The notes under the pieces are model-generated. The model was not told the origin of the DNA, made no database searches, and saw only the letters and a list, made by a program, of their open reading frames with translations. The position numbers were made by a program, and so were the translations under genes. This document shows, one piece after another, positions 1 to 9,537 of a stretch of 64,000 bases of DNA (position 1 is its first letter; the number at the start of each line of letters is the position of its first letter). Location of the stretch: assembly GCA_964609085.1 (NCBI GenBank), contig CAZSRZ010000012.1, forward strand, positions 2,292 through 66,291. The letters are read 5' to 3'. The DNA is from an uncultured bacterium. Lineage in GTDB: Bacteria > Armatimonadota > SYMT01.

Positions 1-1
1 A

Positions 2-1033
2 TTGCTGAACGCCACCTTCGGCAACGCCGCCGAGCTGATTATCGCTCTCTTCGCTCTCAAGGCAGGTTATCTGGACGTCGTCCAGGCTTCCATCACCGGT
101 TCGATCCTCGGAAACGTGTTGCTCGTTCTCGGCCTCGCGGTGTGGGCCGGCGGATGGAAGCGCGAAAGGCAGACCTTTAATCGAACTCTGGCGGGGATGC
201 ACGCGAGCATGTTGATCCTCGCTTCTGCCGGACTGATGGTCCCCGCCATTTTTGTCCATGCGCAGCCGGGGAAGGCGGACGTGCACGGAGCCACCCACGA
301 TCCCGCCGTCTGGCAGCTCAGCCTGGCCGTCTCCGGGGTGCTGATGGCCAGCTACCTGCTGGGCCTGCTTTTCAGCCTCAAGACCCACCACTCCGTTTTC
401 GCCACCGGCACCGAGGTGGAGGTTCCACACTGGAGCAAGGCGAAGAGCCTGGCTATCCTCGGAGTTGCCACGGCCCTCGTCGCCTGGATGAGCGAGATGC
501 TCGTCCACAGCGTCGAGCCCATGACGGCGGCCCTGGGGTTTTCTCCCATCTTCGTCGGCGTCATCATCATCCCGATCATCGGTAACGCTGCCGAGCACGC
601 CTCCGCCATCAGCATGGCCGCGAACAACAAGATGGACGTGGCGCTCTCGATCGCCGTGGGATCCAGCACCCAGATCGCGCTCTTTGTCGCACCTCTGCTC
701 GTGTTCCTCAGCGCCCTTTTCGGACACCAACTTTCACTCATCTTTACGACTGTAGAACTGGTCGCGATGGCAGCAGCCGTTGCGATCGTGGCCTTCATTT
801 CGATGGACGGCGAGACCCACTGGTATGAAGGCGCCTTGCTGCTCGCCGTCTACGTGATCATCGCGCTCGCGTTCTGGCTGATGCCTCCGCCGATGTCGGC
901 GCCGAGTCATGGCGGACGCCCGGCTCCCGTCGGCGTACCGGCGGCGCGGGCCCGCCGGGCGGAGGGGTGGGGGATGCTGTCGCTCGCTCCCCCCGGGAGG
1001 GCTTCGTGGCCAAGCGTCGACGCCGGAGGCTAA
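2..1033 (+). CDS. Ca2+/H+ antiporter, CaCA/CAX family (5' end outside window)
   Basis: Two alpha-repeat signatures, 'GNAAELIIALFAL' and 'IIGNAAEHASAI', are typical of CAX/ChaA exchangers. The translation is hydrophobic and multi-TM throughout. The ORF runs from the window edge, so it is N-terminally partial. The C-terminal tail overlaps the next gene because no earlier stop occurs in this GC-rich frame. Confidence 0.8.
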   Translation: MLNATFGNAAELIIALFALKAGYLDVVQASITGSILGNVLLVLGLAVWAGGWKRERQTFNRTLAGMHASMLILASAGLMVPAIFVHAQPGKADVHGATHDPAVWQLSLAVSGVLMASYLLGLLFSLKTHHSVFATGTEVEVPHWSKAKSLAILGVATALVAWMSEMLVHSVEPMTAALGFSPIFVGVIIIPIIGNAAEHASAISMAANNKMDVALSIAVGSSTQIALFVAPLLVFLSALFGHQLSLIFTTVELVAMAAAVAIVAFISMDGETHWYEGALLLAVYVIIALAFWLMPPPMSAPSHGGRPAPVGVPAARARRAEGWGMLSLAPPGRASWPSVDAGG

Positions 1034-2829
1034 GCGACGCCGAAGTCGATCTGCTCCAGGGAAAGCTGGGTCAGAAGGAAGCCATCCGTCGGCTCGTTCG
1101 CTATCTGCGACCGCTAACGCCGTGGATAATAGCAGGGCTAATTCTTACCTTTCTCGGATCAATCGCGAATCTCGGCGTGCCTTTCATCGCGAAACACTTC
1201 TTCGACACGATTGAGCATAACAAAGGTCGAGGCGACTACACTCTCCTCCATCTGCAGACAGGGCTGGCCGTCGGCCTCATGCTGGTCAAGTCGATCCTGC
1301 TCTTCGCCCAGGCTTACACCTGGGCCCTGGTGAGCAACCGGTTGACGCTGCGGTTGCGGAACGAGGTCTTCGTTCATCTCCAGAATCAGTCGATCGCCTT
1401 CTTCGACCACCGCAAGACGGGCCAACTGTTGTCTTCCATGAGCAACGACGTCCCGCAACTGACGGCCGTTCTCGACGTGATCCAGGAGATGGCAGGTTCG
1501 CCCTTCCTTCTCGTGGGCGGGCTCGTCTACATGTTCTTCCTGAACTGGCAGCTCACCCTGATTTCGCTGACGTGCCTGCCCTTCATGCTGTTTCTCATCC
1601 TCTGGGCCAGCCGACGCATCCAGCACTACAGCCAGTTGCTGCAGTCCAACCGGGCGCGCTCGATGGATCTCGCCGAGGAGACCCTCTCGGCGATCCGCAT
1701 CGTGAAGTCCTTTGGAAACGAGGGGTACGAAATCGATCGCTACCGCAAGCAGAGTGAGGATGTGTACCACAACGTGATGTCGACCGTCCGCGTGAAGAAC
1801 ATGGCGCGCCCACTCGTCGAGTTCATTGGCGGCGTCGCCATCGTCACCGTGTTGTGGATTGGGGGCCAGCAGATCATCAGCCCCATGTCCGTGATCACGG
1901 TCGGGAGTCTGTTCGCCTTCGTGCTGGCGCTGCAGCAGGTGGCCGACTCCGCCCGCAACGTCGGCAACATCAGTATGAACATGACGCAGGCTGGCGTAGC
2001 CGCCGACCGCGTCTTCACTCTCCTGGACATGGCGAGCGACATCCAGGAAAAGCCCAACGCCTGCGCTTTGCCGGACGGCGCGGGTCGCGTGGTGTTCGAT
2101 CAGGTCAGCTTCCGCTACGGAGGCGGAGCGCCTGTGCTTTCCGATGTCAGCTTCACGATGGAACCGGGCGAGGTGGTGGCGCTCGTCGGACCGACGGGGG
2201 CCGGGAAGACGACGATTGCTGCGCTGATCCAGCGGTTCTACGACGTGACGGGCGGCGCGATCACCGTCGACGGGGTCGATCTGCGCGAGTGCACGCTCGC
2301 CTCGCTGCGCGGCAAGATCGGCGTGGTGCCGCAGGAGTCGACGCTTTTCGCCGGCTCCTTGCGGGACAACATACGATACGGGCGCCTCGACGCGACAGAG
2401 GAGGAAGTGATCGCCGCCGCCCAGACTGCCAACGCCTGGGAGTTCATCGACCGGCTCAAGGGTGGGCTGGATGCTGTCGTGGGGGAGCGTGGCGTGCGCC
2501 TTTCGGGCGGTCAACGCCAGCGCATTGCCATTGCCCGCGCCGTGCTGCGCGACCCGGCCATCCTGATCCTCGACGAGGCCACTTCCTCCCTGGACACCCA
2601 CTCGGAAGCGCTGGTGCAGGACGCGCTGCAGAAGCTCGTAAGGGACCGAACCACGCTCGTCATCGCCCACCGACTCTCCACCGTTCGCAATGCGGACAAG
2701 ATCCTGGTGCTTAAGGACGGGTTGGTCGCGGAGTGCGGCCGGCACGAGGACCTTCTGCGTCAGAACGGCATCTACGCGCGCCTCTATCACACGCAGTTCG
2801 AACGCCACGGAGAGTTGGAGCCCGCGTGA
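967..2829 (+). CDS. msbA: ABC transporter permease/ATP-binding protein, MsbA-like lipid A exporter
   Basis: An N-terminal 6-TM exporter domain is followed by Walker A 'GPTGAGKTT', ABC signature 'LSGGQRQRIAIARA' and Walker B 'ILILDEATSSLD'. It lies immediately upstream of waaA/lpxK. The start is uncertain: the ATG at 967 overlaps the CAX gene by about 67 bp, and a later GTG is possible. Confidence 0.8.
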   Translation: MGDAVARSPREGFVAKRRRRRLSDAEVDLLQGKLGQKEAIRRLVRYLRPLTPWIIAGLILTFLGSIANLGVPFIAKHFFDTIEHNKGRGDYTLLHLQTGLAVGLMLVKSILLFAQAYTWALVSNRLTLRLRNEVFVHLQNQSIAFFDHRKTGQLLSSMSNDVPQLTAVLDVIQEMAGSPFLLVGGLVYMFFLNWQLTLISLTCLPFMLFLILWASRRIQHYSQLLQSNRARSMDLAEETLSAIRIVKSFGNEGYEIDRYRKQSEDVYHNVMSTVRVKNMARPLVEFIGGVAIVTVLWIGGQQIISPMSVITVGSLFAFVLALQQVADSARNVGNISMNMTQAGVAADRVFTLLDMASDIQEKPNACALPDGAGRVVFDQVSFRYGGGAPVLSDVSFTMEPGEVVALVGPTGAGKTTIAALIQRFYDVTGGAITVDGVDLRECTLASLRGKIGVVPQESTLFAGSLRDNIRYGRLDATEEEVIAAAQTANAWEFIDRLKGGLDAVVGERGVRLSGGQRQRIAIARAVLRDPAILILDEATSSLDTHSEALVQDALQKLVRDRTTLVIAHRLSTVRNADKILVLKDGLVAECGRHEDLLRQNGIYARLYHTQFERHGELEPA

Positions 2830-2857
2830 CCGAGCAGCCGCGTCGAGCATCAAGGTG

Positions 2858-4138
2858 ATGCCATTCGTCTACAACCTGGTGTTGTTCCTCGCGTCGCCGA
2901 TGCTGCTGGCGTACCTGTTTTACCGGTTGGTCGTTTTGGGGAAGTCACGGTCCGGGCTCGGTCAGCGGCTTGGTTTGCTGCCCGCGCTTCCGGCACCCGG
3001 CCCCGCAGGGCGTGTCTGGATGCACGCGGTTTCGGCTGGGGAGATGGTGGCAGCGGCAGCGATCGCTCGGCGATTGCGGGAGCAATCGCCGGCGGTGGAG
3101 CTGGTCGTCAGCACCACAACACCGGCGGGGATGCTGCAGGCCCAGAGGTTGATTCCGTGGGCCAGGAGCCTCAGCTTCTTTCCGTTTGACCTGCTGCCCT
3201 GTGTGCTGGCGGGGCACAGCCGGTGGCGGGCAACCGTGGTTGTGTGCGTGGAAACGGAGATCTGGCCGAACTGGCTCTGGGTGGCTCGCGTGCGCGGATC
3301 GCGGCTGCTATTGCTGAACGGACAGTTCGCCGATCGAGGTTTCCGGAAGGCCATCCGGGTACGCCCGCTCTATGCCTGGGCCCTGGGCCTCTTCGACCGT
3401 CTCCTGATGCAGAGCGCGCAGGCGGCGGATCGGGCCAGGTTGCTCGGGGCAGCCGAGGATCGTGTGGAGTTTTTCGGGAATGCGAAGTTCGACCAGCCCC
3501 ACTCCCCACCATCGGAGGCGCTGGTTCAGCGCATCCGACAGGCGTTTGGCGAGGTGCTTCCCCCGCTCTGGGTGGCCGGCTCCACACACCCGGGCGAGGA
3601 TGAGGCCGTGCTGGGCGCACATGCCATGGCGGCAGCAGAGGTGCCGGGCCTACGCCTGCTCCTGGCTCCTCGCCACATCGAGCGGGCCGATGAGGTTGTG
3701 GAACTGGCGGCCCGCCGGGGCCTGAGGGTAGGTCGCCGGACCGGCGCTGAGGCCGATGTTCAGGTGCTGGTACTGGACACCATGGGCGAGCTGGCATCCG
3801 CCTATGCGTTCGGGAGCCTGGTCTTCGTGGGAGGCAGCCTCGTTCCGATCGGGGGCCACGACATTCTGCAGCCGCTGATGCACGGCAAGCCGGTGCTGTT
3901 CGGCCCAGCAATGCACAATCAGGCGGAGGTGGCCGTCGCGGCTCTGGGGTCGGGGGCGGCTGTGCAGGTGAGTTCGGCCGATGGTCTCGCCCGAGAGGTA
4001 GTCCGGCTGCTGACGGACCCCGGCGAGGTGGAGGCGCGCACCTCCGGGGGCCGCGAACTCCTGCGCCGCAACTCCGGAGCCGCCGGGGCTTACGCGCGGG
4101 CGATCGTCTGCCTGCTGCCGTCGGGAGGCGGGGCGTGA
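2858..4138 (+). CDS. waaA: 3-deoxy-D-manno-octulosonic acid (Kdo) transferase
   Basis: A hydrophobic N-terminus 'MPFVYNLVLFLASPMLLAYLFYR' is followed by 'WMHAVSAGEMVAAAAIARRLRE' and 'VVSTTTPAGM', both hallmarks of KdtA/WaaA. An ATG at 2858 with an 'aagg' RBS lies just after the msbA stop; the longer upstream ORF extension has poor composition. Confidence 0.85.
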   Translation: MPFVYNLVLFLASPMLLAYLFYRLVVLGKSRSGLGQRLGLLPALPAPGPAGRVWMHAVSAGEMVAAAAIARRLREQSPAVELVVSTTTPAGMLQAQRLIPWARSLSFFPFDLLPCVLAGHSRWRATVVVCVETEIWPNWLWVARVRGSRLLLLNGQFADRGFRKAIRVRPLYAWALGLFDRLLMQSAQAADRARLLGAAEDRVEFFGNAKFDQPHSPPSEALVQRIRQAFGEVLPPLWVAGSTHPGEDEAVLGAHAMAAAEVPGLRLLLAPRHIERADEVVELAARRGLRVGRRTGAEADVQVLVLDTMGELASAYAFGSLVFVGGSLVPIGGHDILQPLMHGKPVLFGPAMHNQAEVAVAALGSGAAVQVSSADGLAREVVRLLTDPGEVEARTSGGRELLRRNSGAAGAYARAIVCLLPSGGGA

Positions 4139-5187
4139 TGCCGGCCCCGAGCGGGGCAGTCCCCCGCATACTGATTGTGCGGCTTTCGGCGATCGGCGAC
4201 GTCATCGTCACCACGCCCGTCAGCAGGGCCCTGCGGGAGGCGTTTCCGGACGCGCACATCGCGTGGGCAGTGGAGGCGCTCTCTGCCCCCGTGCTTGAGG
4301 CTAATCCGTATCTCGACGAAGTGCTGGTGTGGGAACGGTCATCCGCGAGCTTCCGGTTGCGCGACTATCTGGAGTTCGTAGGCCGTCTGCGCAGGCGTCG
4401 ATTCGATTGGATCGTCGACTGCCAGGGAAACCTGCGCAGCGGCGTCGTGTCCCGTCTCGCTACCCGGCGCGGTCTGGTCGGGAACACGCAGGCCAAGGAA
4501 AGCGCCTCGATCTTCTACGACGTGCGCGTGCCGCGAGACCCCCACGACCGCAGTTCCCGCCGACGCTGCCTGGACCTGCTGCGTCCGCTGGGGGTGGAGA
4601 CCGCGGACAAGCGGATGGTTCTGCGCGTCACCCCCGAAGAGCAGGCCGCTGCCCGCGGATTGCTGGATCGCTCCGCGGAACACTCTGTCACGCGAATCGC
4701 CCTCATCCCGGCGACGACGTGGCCTCAAAAGCACTGGCTGCCTGACCGATGGGGAGCGCTGGCGGCGCTCATCAAGGCGGAGCTCGGGGCGAATCCCCTC
4801 ATCCTGGGGGGGCCGGCAGATCGGCCCCTGGCGGCAGCCATACAGGCCGCCGCTGGGGGAGCGTGCACGGACCTCGCCGGCCAGACCTCGCTGCGCAGCG
4901 CGCTCGCAGTGTTGTCGTTGTGCTCGGCGGCGGTGGCGGTTGATACCGGGTTGATGCACGCCTCTGTGGCGCTGGGCGTGCCGACGGTGGGATTGGCTGG
5001 CGCCTCCTGGTGGCCGGGTTTCGAGGACTACGAGGGGTTCTCGTTGATTCGAGAGCCGATGGCGTGTTCGCCTTGCCTCCATCGTCCGACGTGCGCTGGG
5101 CGCTTTGACTGCATGGCGGCGCTGGACGTCGAGCGAGTCGCGAACGCTCTCCGCGGCTGCCTGTCGCGGGTTGGAGCTTGCGGATGA
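4135..5187 (+). CDS. GT9 family glycosyltransferase (LPS heptosyltransferase-like)
   Basis: The N-terminal motif 'RILIVRLSAIGDVIVTTPVSRALREAFPDAHIAWAVE' is typical of heptosyltransferases WaaC/WaaF. The start overlaps the waaA stop (ATGA). Confidence 0.75.
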   Translation: MMPAPSGAVPRILIVRLSAIGDVIVTTPVSRALREAFPDAHIAWAVEALSAPVLEANPYLDEVLVWERSSASFRLRDYLEFVGRLRRRRFDWIVDCQGNLRSGVVSRLATRRGLVGNTQAKESASIFYDVRVPRDPHDRSSRRRCLDLLRPLGVETADKRMVLRVTPEEQAAARGLLDRSAEHSVTRIALIPATTWPQKHWLPDRWGALAALIKAELGANPLILGGPADRPLAAAIQAAAGGACTDLAGQTSLRSALAVLSLCSAAVAVDTGLMHASVALGVPTVGLAGASWWPGFEDYEGFSLIREPMACSPCLHRPTCAGRFDCMAALDVERVANALRGCLSRVGACG

Positions 5188-6317
5188 CCTCCCTGGAGGT
5201 GCGTTGGCGTTCCCTGGTCACCGGTGAGGTCCGGCCGTTCTGGGGACCCCTCGCCCGTCTGGGACTGGGGGGCCTGGCGGTCGCCTACTCCGCCGTGGTA
5301 ACCGGCCATCGGTTGCTTTTCGACAGCAAAGTGCTCCGGCGAACGCGACTCCCCTGCAAGGTCATCTCCGTCGGCAACCTGACCGTCGGGGGAACCGGCA
5401 AGACGACCACGGTTCGCTGGTTGACCAGAGAGCTGCAGCAGCGCGGCTACCGGCCTGCCGTCCTGTCCTATGGCTACCGCGTAATGCGGGACGCCGGCCC
5501 GACAGCCGTGCGGGTGATCCGCGATGTCGACTCGGTCCTGAGGCCCACCGCGGAGAGTGGGGACGAGGCGCAATTGCTTTCCCGGTCGTTGCCCGGGGTC
5601 CCGGTGCTGATTGGGAAACGACGCGTGCTGTCCGGCGCCCAAGCTTGCCGCGACTATCCGATCGACGTGTGCATCCTGGACGATGCCTTCCAGTACTGGC
5701 GGCTCGAAAGAGACCTCGATGTGGTGCTGCTGGACGGCACCGATCCCTTCGGCGGAGGTCGCGTTCTCCCGGCGGGGTTGCTCCGCGAGCCTCGGAGCGG
5801 TCTCCGACGGGCCGACGCGGTGATCGTGACGCACGCAGACCGCGTCGCCCCCGACGTCCTCGACAAACTGGAGCACACAGTACACGGCCTGGCCCCGAAC
5901 GCGATCCTGGCTCGGGCCAGACATGCGCCGGGACGGCTCGTCGAGTGCGGCTCCGGGAGGTCGATTCCTCTCAGCGCGGCGCAGGAGGGAGAGTGGCTCT
6001 TTCTTTCCAGCCTCGGGAGCCCTCAATCCTTTGAAAGGACCGCGCGCGAAGTGGGGGCGAGGGCAGCCGTGACGCGCCGGTTCCCGGACCACCACACGTA
6101 CACTCGCGAAGAATGGGATTCCATCGTCCTTGAGGTGCGGCGCCTCGGACTTCGCGGGATACTGACCACGGAGAAGGACGCGGTGAAGCTGGCCGCGGAA
6201 TGGGTAGGGGACGTGAACTGTGTGTCGCTCGAGGTAGATCTGCAGGTGATGACCGGCCTCCCGGAATTGCTCACCCTGATTGAGGCCAGGCTAGGCCACC
6301 CCGAGGCCCGGAGTTGA
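5184..6317 (+). CDS. lpxK: tetraacyldisaccharide 4'-kinase
   Basis: The P-loop motif 'ISVGNLTVGGTGKTTTVRWL' is characteristic of LpxK. The ATG at 5184 overlaps the upstream stop (GGATGA). Confidence 0.8.
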   Translation: MTSLEVRWRSLVTGEVRPFWGPLARLGLGGLAVAYSAVVTGHRLLFDSKVLRRTRLPCKVISVGNLTVGGTGKTTTVRWLTRELQQRGYRPAVLSYGYRVMRDAGPTAVRVIRDVDSVLRPTAESGDEAQLLSRSLPGVPVLIGKRRVLSGAQACRDYPIDVCILDDAFQYWRLERDLDVVLLDGTDPFGGGRVLPAGLLREPRSGLRRADAVIVTHADRVAPDVLDKLEHTVHGLAPNAILARARHAPGRLVECGSGRSIPLSAAQEGEWLFLSSLGSPQSFERTAREVGARAAVTRRFPDHHTYTREEWDSIVLEVRRLGLRGILTTEKDAVKLAAEWVGDVNCVSLEVDLQVMTGLPELLTLIEARLGHPEARS

Positions 6318-7282
6318 CTGTCGGCGCACCGTCCGCCCCGCGCCCCGCCAGGCGCTGGTCGAAACCAGCCGAGTACTGGCTCACCCGCCAGTTTGTCGCC
6401 TCGTTGAACCTGCTCGGCCGCGTGCTCACAGTGCGCGCTTTGGACCGACTCGGTTGCGCCCTCGGCCATCTGGCCTATCGCACGATGCGCCGCTACCGAC
6501 GAGTGGCGATGTCGAACCTGCGACGGGCGTACGGCGACCAGTGGTCCGACGCCCAGATTGAGGCGTGCGCAAGAGCCAGTTTCCGCGGCGTGGGACGCAC
6601 CCTCGTCGAGTTCTTCCTCCGCCAGCCGCGGATCACGATGGAACAAATCGCAGCCGAAGTAGGCTTCGAAGGGCAAGAGCACTTTGAAGCTGCCTTCGAG
6701 CGCGGCAAGGGGGTGGTGTTGGTAACCGCCCACTATGGGAACTGGGAAATGATGGGCCCGCGGCTGGCGTGCGCGGGGTACCAGGTGCACGCGGTCAGCC
6801 GCACGGCGGATGATCCTGCGCTTGACCGTATGATCGAGCGAATCCGCACTCGAACCGGGCTGAGGCAGATTCCGCGGCGACGGGCGGCACGTGAAGGTCT
6901 CCTGGCGCTGCGCCAGAACCAGGTGCTCGCCATTCTGCTGGACCAAAACACTCTTCGTGGCGGAGTGTTCGTGCCGTTTTTCGGTCATCCGGCGAGTACG
7001 GCCACAGGACCAGCGGCGTTCGCGCTGAAGACCGGCGCGGCGGTGATCCCGACCTTCTGCCGCCGGGAAGCGAACGGCCGGCATACCATGCGCGCCTGGC
7101 CGCCGATTTATCCGGTACCCACGTCGGACCGAGATCGGGACATCCTCACGCTGACGGCCGCGATGACCGCTGTGATCGAGCAGCAGATCCGCGAGCAGCC
7201 CGAGGACTGGTGCTGGATCCACGACCGGTGGAAGACGCGCCCGGAGTCCGTGGCGGTCGCCTCGCCGGCGGAACCGGGATGA
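6314..7282 (+). CDS. lipid A biosynthesis late acyltransferase (LpxL/LpxM/HtrB family)
   Basis: The motif 'LVTAHYGNWEM' (HX4-type acyltransferase motif of the LpxL family) is followed by 'LDQN...GVFVPFFG'. A TTG start overlaps the lpxK stop; start choice is uncertain. Confidence 0.7.
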   Translation: MTVGAPSAPRPARRWSKPAEYWLTRQFVASLNLLGRVLTVRALDRLGCALGHLAYRTMRRYRRVAMSNLRRAYGDQWSDAQIEACARASFRGVGRTLVEFFLRQPRITMEQIAAEVGFEGQEHFEAAFERGKGVVLVTAHYGNWEMMGPRLACAGYQVHAVSRTADDPALDRMIERIRTRTGLRQIPRRRAAREGLLALRQNQVLAILLDQNTLRGGVFVPFFGHPASTATGPAAFALKTGAAVIPTFCRREANGRHTMRAWPPIYPVPTSDRDRDILTLTAAMTAVIEQQIREQPEDWCWIHDRWKTRPESVAVASPAEPG

Positions 7283-8352
7283 GCCGCACTGTGAACGAAC
7301 CCCGGCCCCCGGTTGAACGCCTGCAGAATGTCCGCGACATCCTGCTGCTCAACCGACTCCACATAGGTGACTGCATCCTCACCACCCCTCTGCTCAGCGC
7401 GCTCAAACGTCGCTTTCCGGCAGCCAGGCTCACTCTGGCCGTGCCGGCCGGCAACCGGGCCCTGATCCGCGCGAACCCGCACGTGGATGAGATCATCGAG
7501 CGGCCGCCGACGGATCGTTGGGTCGCCAAGTTGCGCTTCATCCTGGAGGTGCGTCGCCGCCGCTTCGACCTCATCATCGCGGCGCAGGAAAAGTCGGTCT
7601 TCTATGGCTGGGTCGCGGCCACCCAGCGATGGCTGAACCCCCGCCGACCCGTGACCCTGTCGCTCTCCCACCCTCGGACCCGCCGCTTCTATGAGTTCGC
7701 AGCGCCGATGATTGCGGATCAGCACGAGGTTCTGAAGTACCTGAATCTCGCGGATGCGCTGGGATGTCCCCGCGATCCGAATCCCGTGTTGGAATTCACA
7801 CCGCCCCGGTCCGTCCGACTAAAGGTGCAGACCCTGCTCAACCGGACGCTTGGGGACGAGTCTGCGAGGATCATCGCCCTCAACCCCGGCGCGACCACCG
7901 CAGACAAGCGCTGGACAACCGCCGGGTTCGCCGAGGTGGGGGATCGGTTGGGGCGGGAGTACGGCCTGCCGGTGGTGATCATCGGTGGGCCCGGCGACAC
8001 GCTGCGGGCGGACGAGATCCGTTCCATGATGAAGACTGCGGCGACCTCGACAGCCGGCTTGCTGGACCTGGATGAGACCGCGGCTCTGCTCGAGCGGGCC
8101 GAGGTGCTCGTGACGGGTGACACCGGCCCCATGCACCTTGCCGTTGCTGTCGCGACACCGGTCGTCGCCATGTTTGGACCGAGCAGCCCGGGCAAGTTCG
8201 GCCCGTTCACCCGCAACGCCGTCGTGATCCGTCATGCCCGGCCGTGCTCGGATTGCCAGCGGCCATGCCTGCACACCATCCTGCCCGAGGAGGTGTGTGA
8301 GGCTGTCGCGCGCTTGCTGGGGCCCCCCCGCCGTGTCGAGGATCTCGTCTAG
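7279..8352 (+). CDS. GT9 family glycosyltransferase (heptosyltransferase-like)
   Basis: Motifs 'ILLLNRLHIGDCILTTPLLSALKRRFPAARLTLAV' and, C-terminally, 'VTGDTGPMHLAVAVATPVVAMFGPS' are GT9 hallmarks. The ATG at 7279 overlaps the upstream stop (ATGA). Confidence 0.7.
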   Translation: MSRTVNEPRPPVERLQNVRDILLLNRLHIGDCILTTPLLSALKRRFPAARLTLAVPAGNRALIRANPHVDEIIERPPTDRWVAKLRFILEVRRRRFDLIIAAQEKSVFYGWVAATQRWLNPRRPVTLSLSHPRTRRFYEFAAPMIADQHEVLKYLNLADALGCPRDPNPVLEFTPPRSVRLKVQTLLNRTLGDESARIIALNPGATTADKRWTTAGFAEVGDRLGREYGLPVVIIGGPGDTLRADEIRSMMKTAATSTAGLLDLDETAALLERAEVLVTGDTGPMHLAVAVATPVVAMFGPSSPGKFGPFTRNAVVIRHARPCSDCQRPCLHTILPEEVCEAVARLLGPPRRVEDLV

Positions 8353-9537
8353 ATGGCGGTGCCCACGACATCCTTGCCGGAGGAACCCCCCGCCGATCTT
8401 CAGACGGCGTCCCCGCAGCGGAGTGGAGATGCGCACTTCCTCCCTGCGGTTGGCCACGGAACCCTACCCATCCGGCGGATCTTGGTCGTCCACACCGAGC
8501 GGATGGGGGACGTGCTGTGTGCCACCCCGGTCTTCGCCGCCCTCAAGCATCGCTTCCCCGGCGTGCATCTGGAGGCGCTGCTGCATCGGCCGCACGATCA
8601 ACTGGTTCGAGGCGGTGAGTTGGACGACATCCTGCTCTATGACCGCCAGACTACCCACCGAACGTGGAGGCAGCGGCTGGAATTGATCGGCGAGCTTCGG
8701 GAGCGCTCCTTCGACTGGGCGCTTGTGCTCCACGCAGCCTCCAGCGTCGCATTTGCCCTCGCCCACAGCGGCATCCCGTGGCGGACAGTTGTGTGGCGCG
8801 AAGGGGCGCGTCGGCCGCCGCACTGGCGTCACTGGTACCATCAGCACATCCGGCAGGACCGCAACGACCAGTCGCGACACGAGATCGAATACAACCTCGA
8901 TGTGCTTCGGCAACTCGGCATCGATGCCGCGTCCCCTGGTTATCGGGTTCACCTCTCGGACGCCGAGATCTGCTGGGCCCGCGACTGGTTGACCAAGCGA
9001 GGACACGCGACCGACCGCCCTCATGGCCGACCGCTCATCGTACTGCACCCGGGGCACGGTGGGGGGAGGCAGGTCTGGCCGGAGACGAACTACGCGGAGT
9101 TGGCGCGTCAGTTGTCCGATCAGGGCTGTCGGGTCGCCGTCACGGGCACTGAGAAGGAACGCCCGGTGGCTGAGCGCATCTGCGCCGCCGCCCCGGGCGC
9201 GCTGATGTTTGCAGGCGAGTTGACGCAGCGGCAGCTTGCCGCGGTGCTGGCTCATGCCGCCGCCTTCGTGAGTGTCTCCACCGGTCCGATGCACCTGGCA
9301 AGTGCCATGGGGGTGCCGACGGCGACTCTGTATGGTCCGAGCGACCTCCGCCATGAGATCGTCCGCTTCAGCCCCTACGGTAGTCGCACCGAGAGCGTCC
9401 TTTCGCCGCTGGTTTGTCCTTGCCCGGATAGCCACAAGTGTAAGAACCCGGTCTGCATGCCCGCGATCACCGTAGAGGCTGTCTTCGACGCCGTTCGGCG
9501 CCTGTGCGCGGCCCCAGAGGACCCGGTGGCGCCGTGA
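8353..9537 (+). CDS. GT9 family glycosyltransferase (heptosyltransferase-like)
   Basis: Motifs 'ILVVHTERMGDVLCATPVFAALKHRFPGVHLEALLH' and 'STGPMHLASAMGVPTATLYGPS' are GT9 hallmarks. The gene starts 1 nt after the previous stop. Confidence 0.7.
   Translation: MAVPTTSLPEEPPADLQTASPQRSGDAHFLPAVGHGTLPIRRILVVHTERMGDVLCATPVFAALKHRFPGVHLEALLHRPHDQLVRGGELDDILLYDRQTTHRTWRQRLELIGELRERSFDWALVLHAASSVAFALAHSGIPWRTVVWREGARRPPHWRHWYHQHIRQDRNDQSRHEIEYNLDVLRQLGIDAASPGYRVHLSDAEICWARDWLTKRGHATDRPHGRPLIVLHPGHGGGRQVWPETNYAELARQLSDQGCRVAVTGTEKERPVAERICAAAPGALMFAGELTQRQLAAVLAHAAAFVSVSTGPMHLASAMGVPTATLYGPSDLRHEIVRFSPYGSRTESVLSPLVCPCPDSHKCKNPVCMPAITVEAVFDAVRRLCAAPEDPVAP

Noticed and set aside
1159-2853. 564-aa ORF antisense to the msbA-like gene (also 3171..4259, 5028..6095, 6023..7222, 25072..26904, 13851..14573 and similar long antisense ORFs)
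   Set aside because: Long stop-free antisense frames are expected at about 68% GC. Their translations are Arg/Pro/Gly-rich low-complexity sequence without motifs, and the sense strand carries clear conserved domains.
2690-2857. Long N-terminal extension of the waaA ORF (start at 2690) and similar 5' extensions (HflX from 11041, GT4 from 15343, VWA from 46948, RHS from 58063, FIST from 55966)
   Set aside because: The extensions overlap the upstream gene and translate to Arg/Ser-rich junk. Internal ATGs with Shine-Dalgarno-like sequences sit at the point where domain homology begins.
5178-6317. LpxK fused to an extra C-terminal domain
   Set aside because: The extra ~50 aa shows no recognisable motif and may simply be lineage-specific, so it is not called as a fusion.
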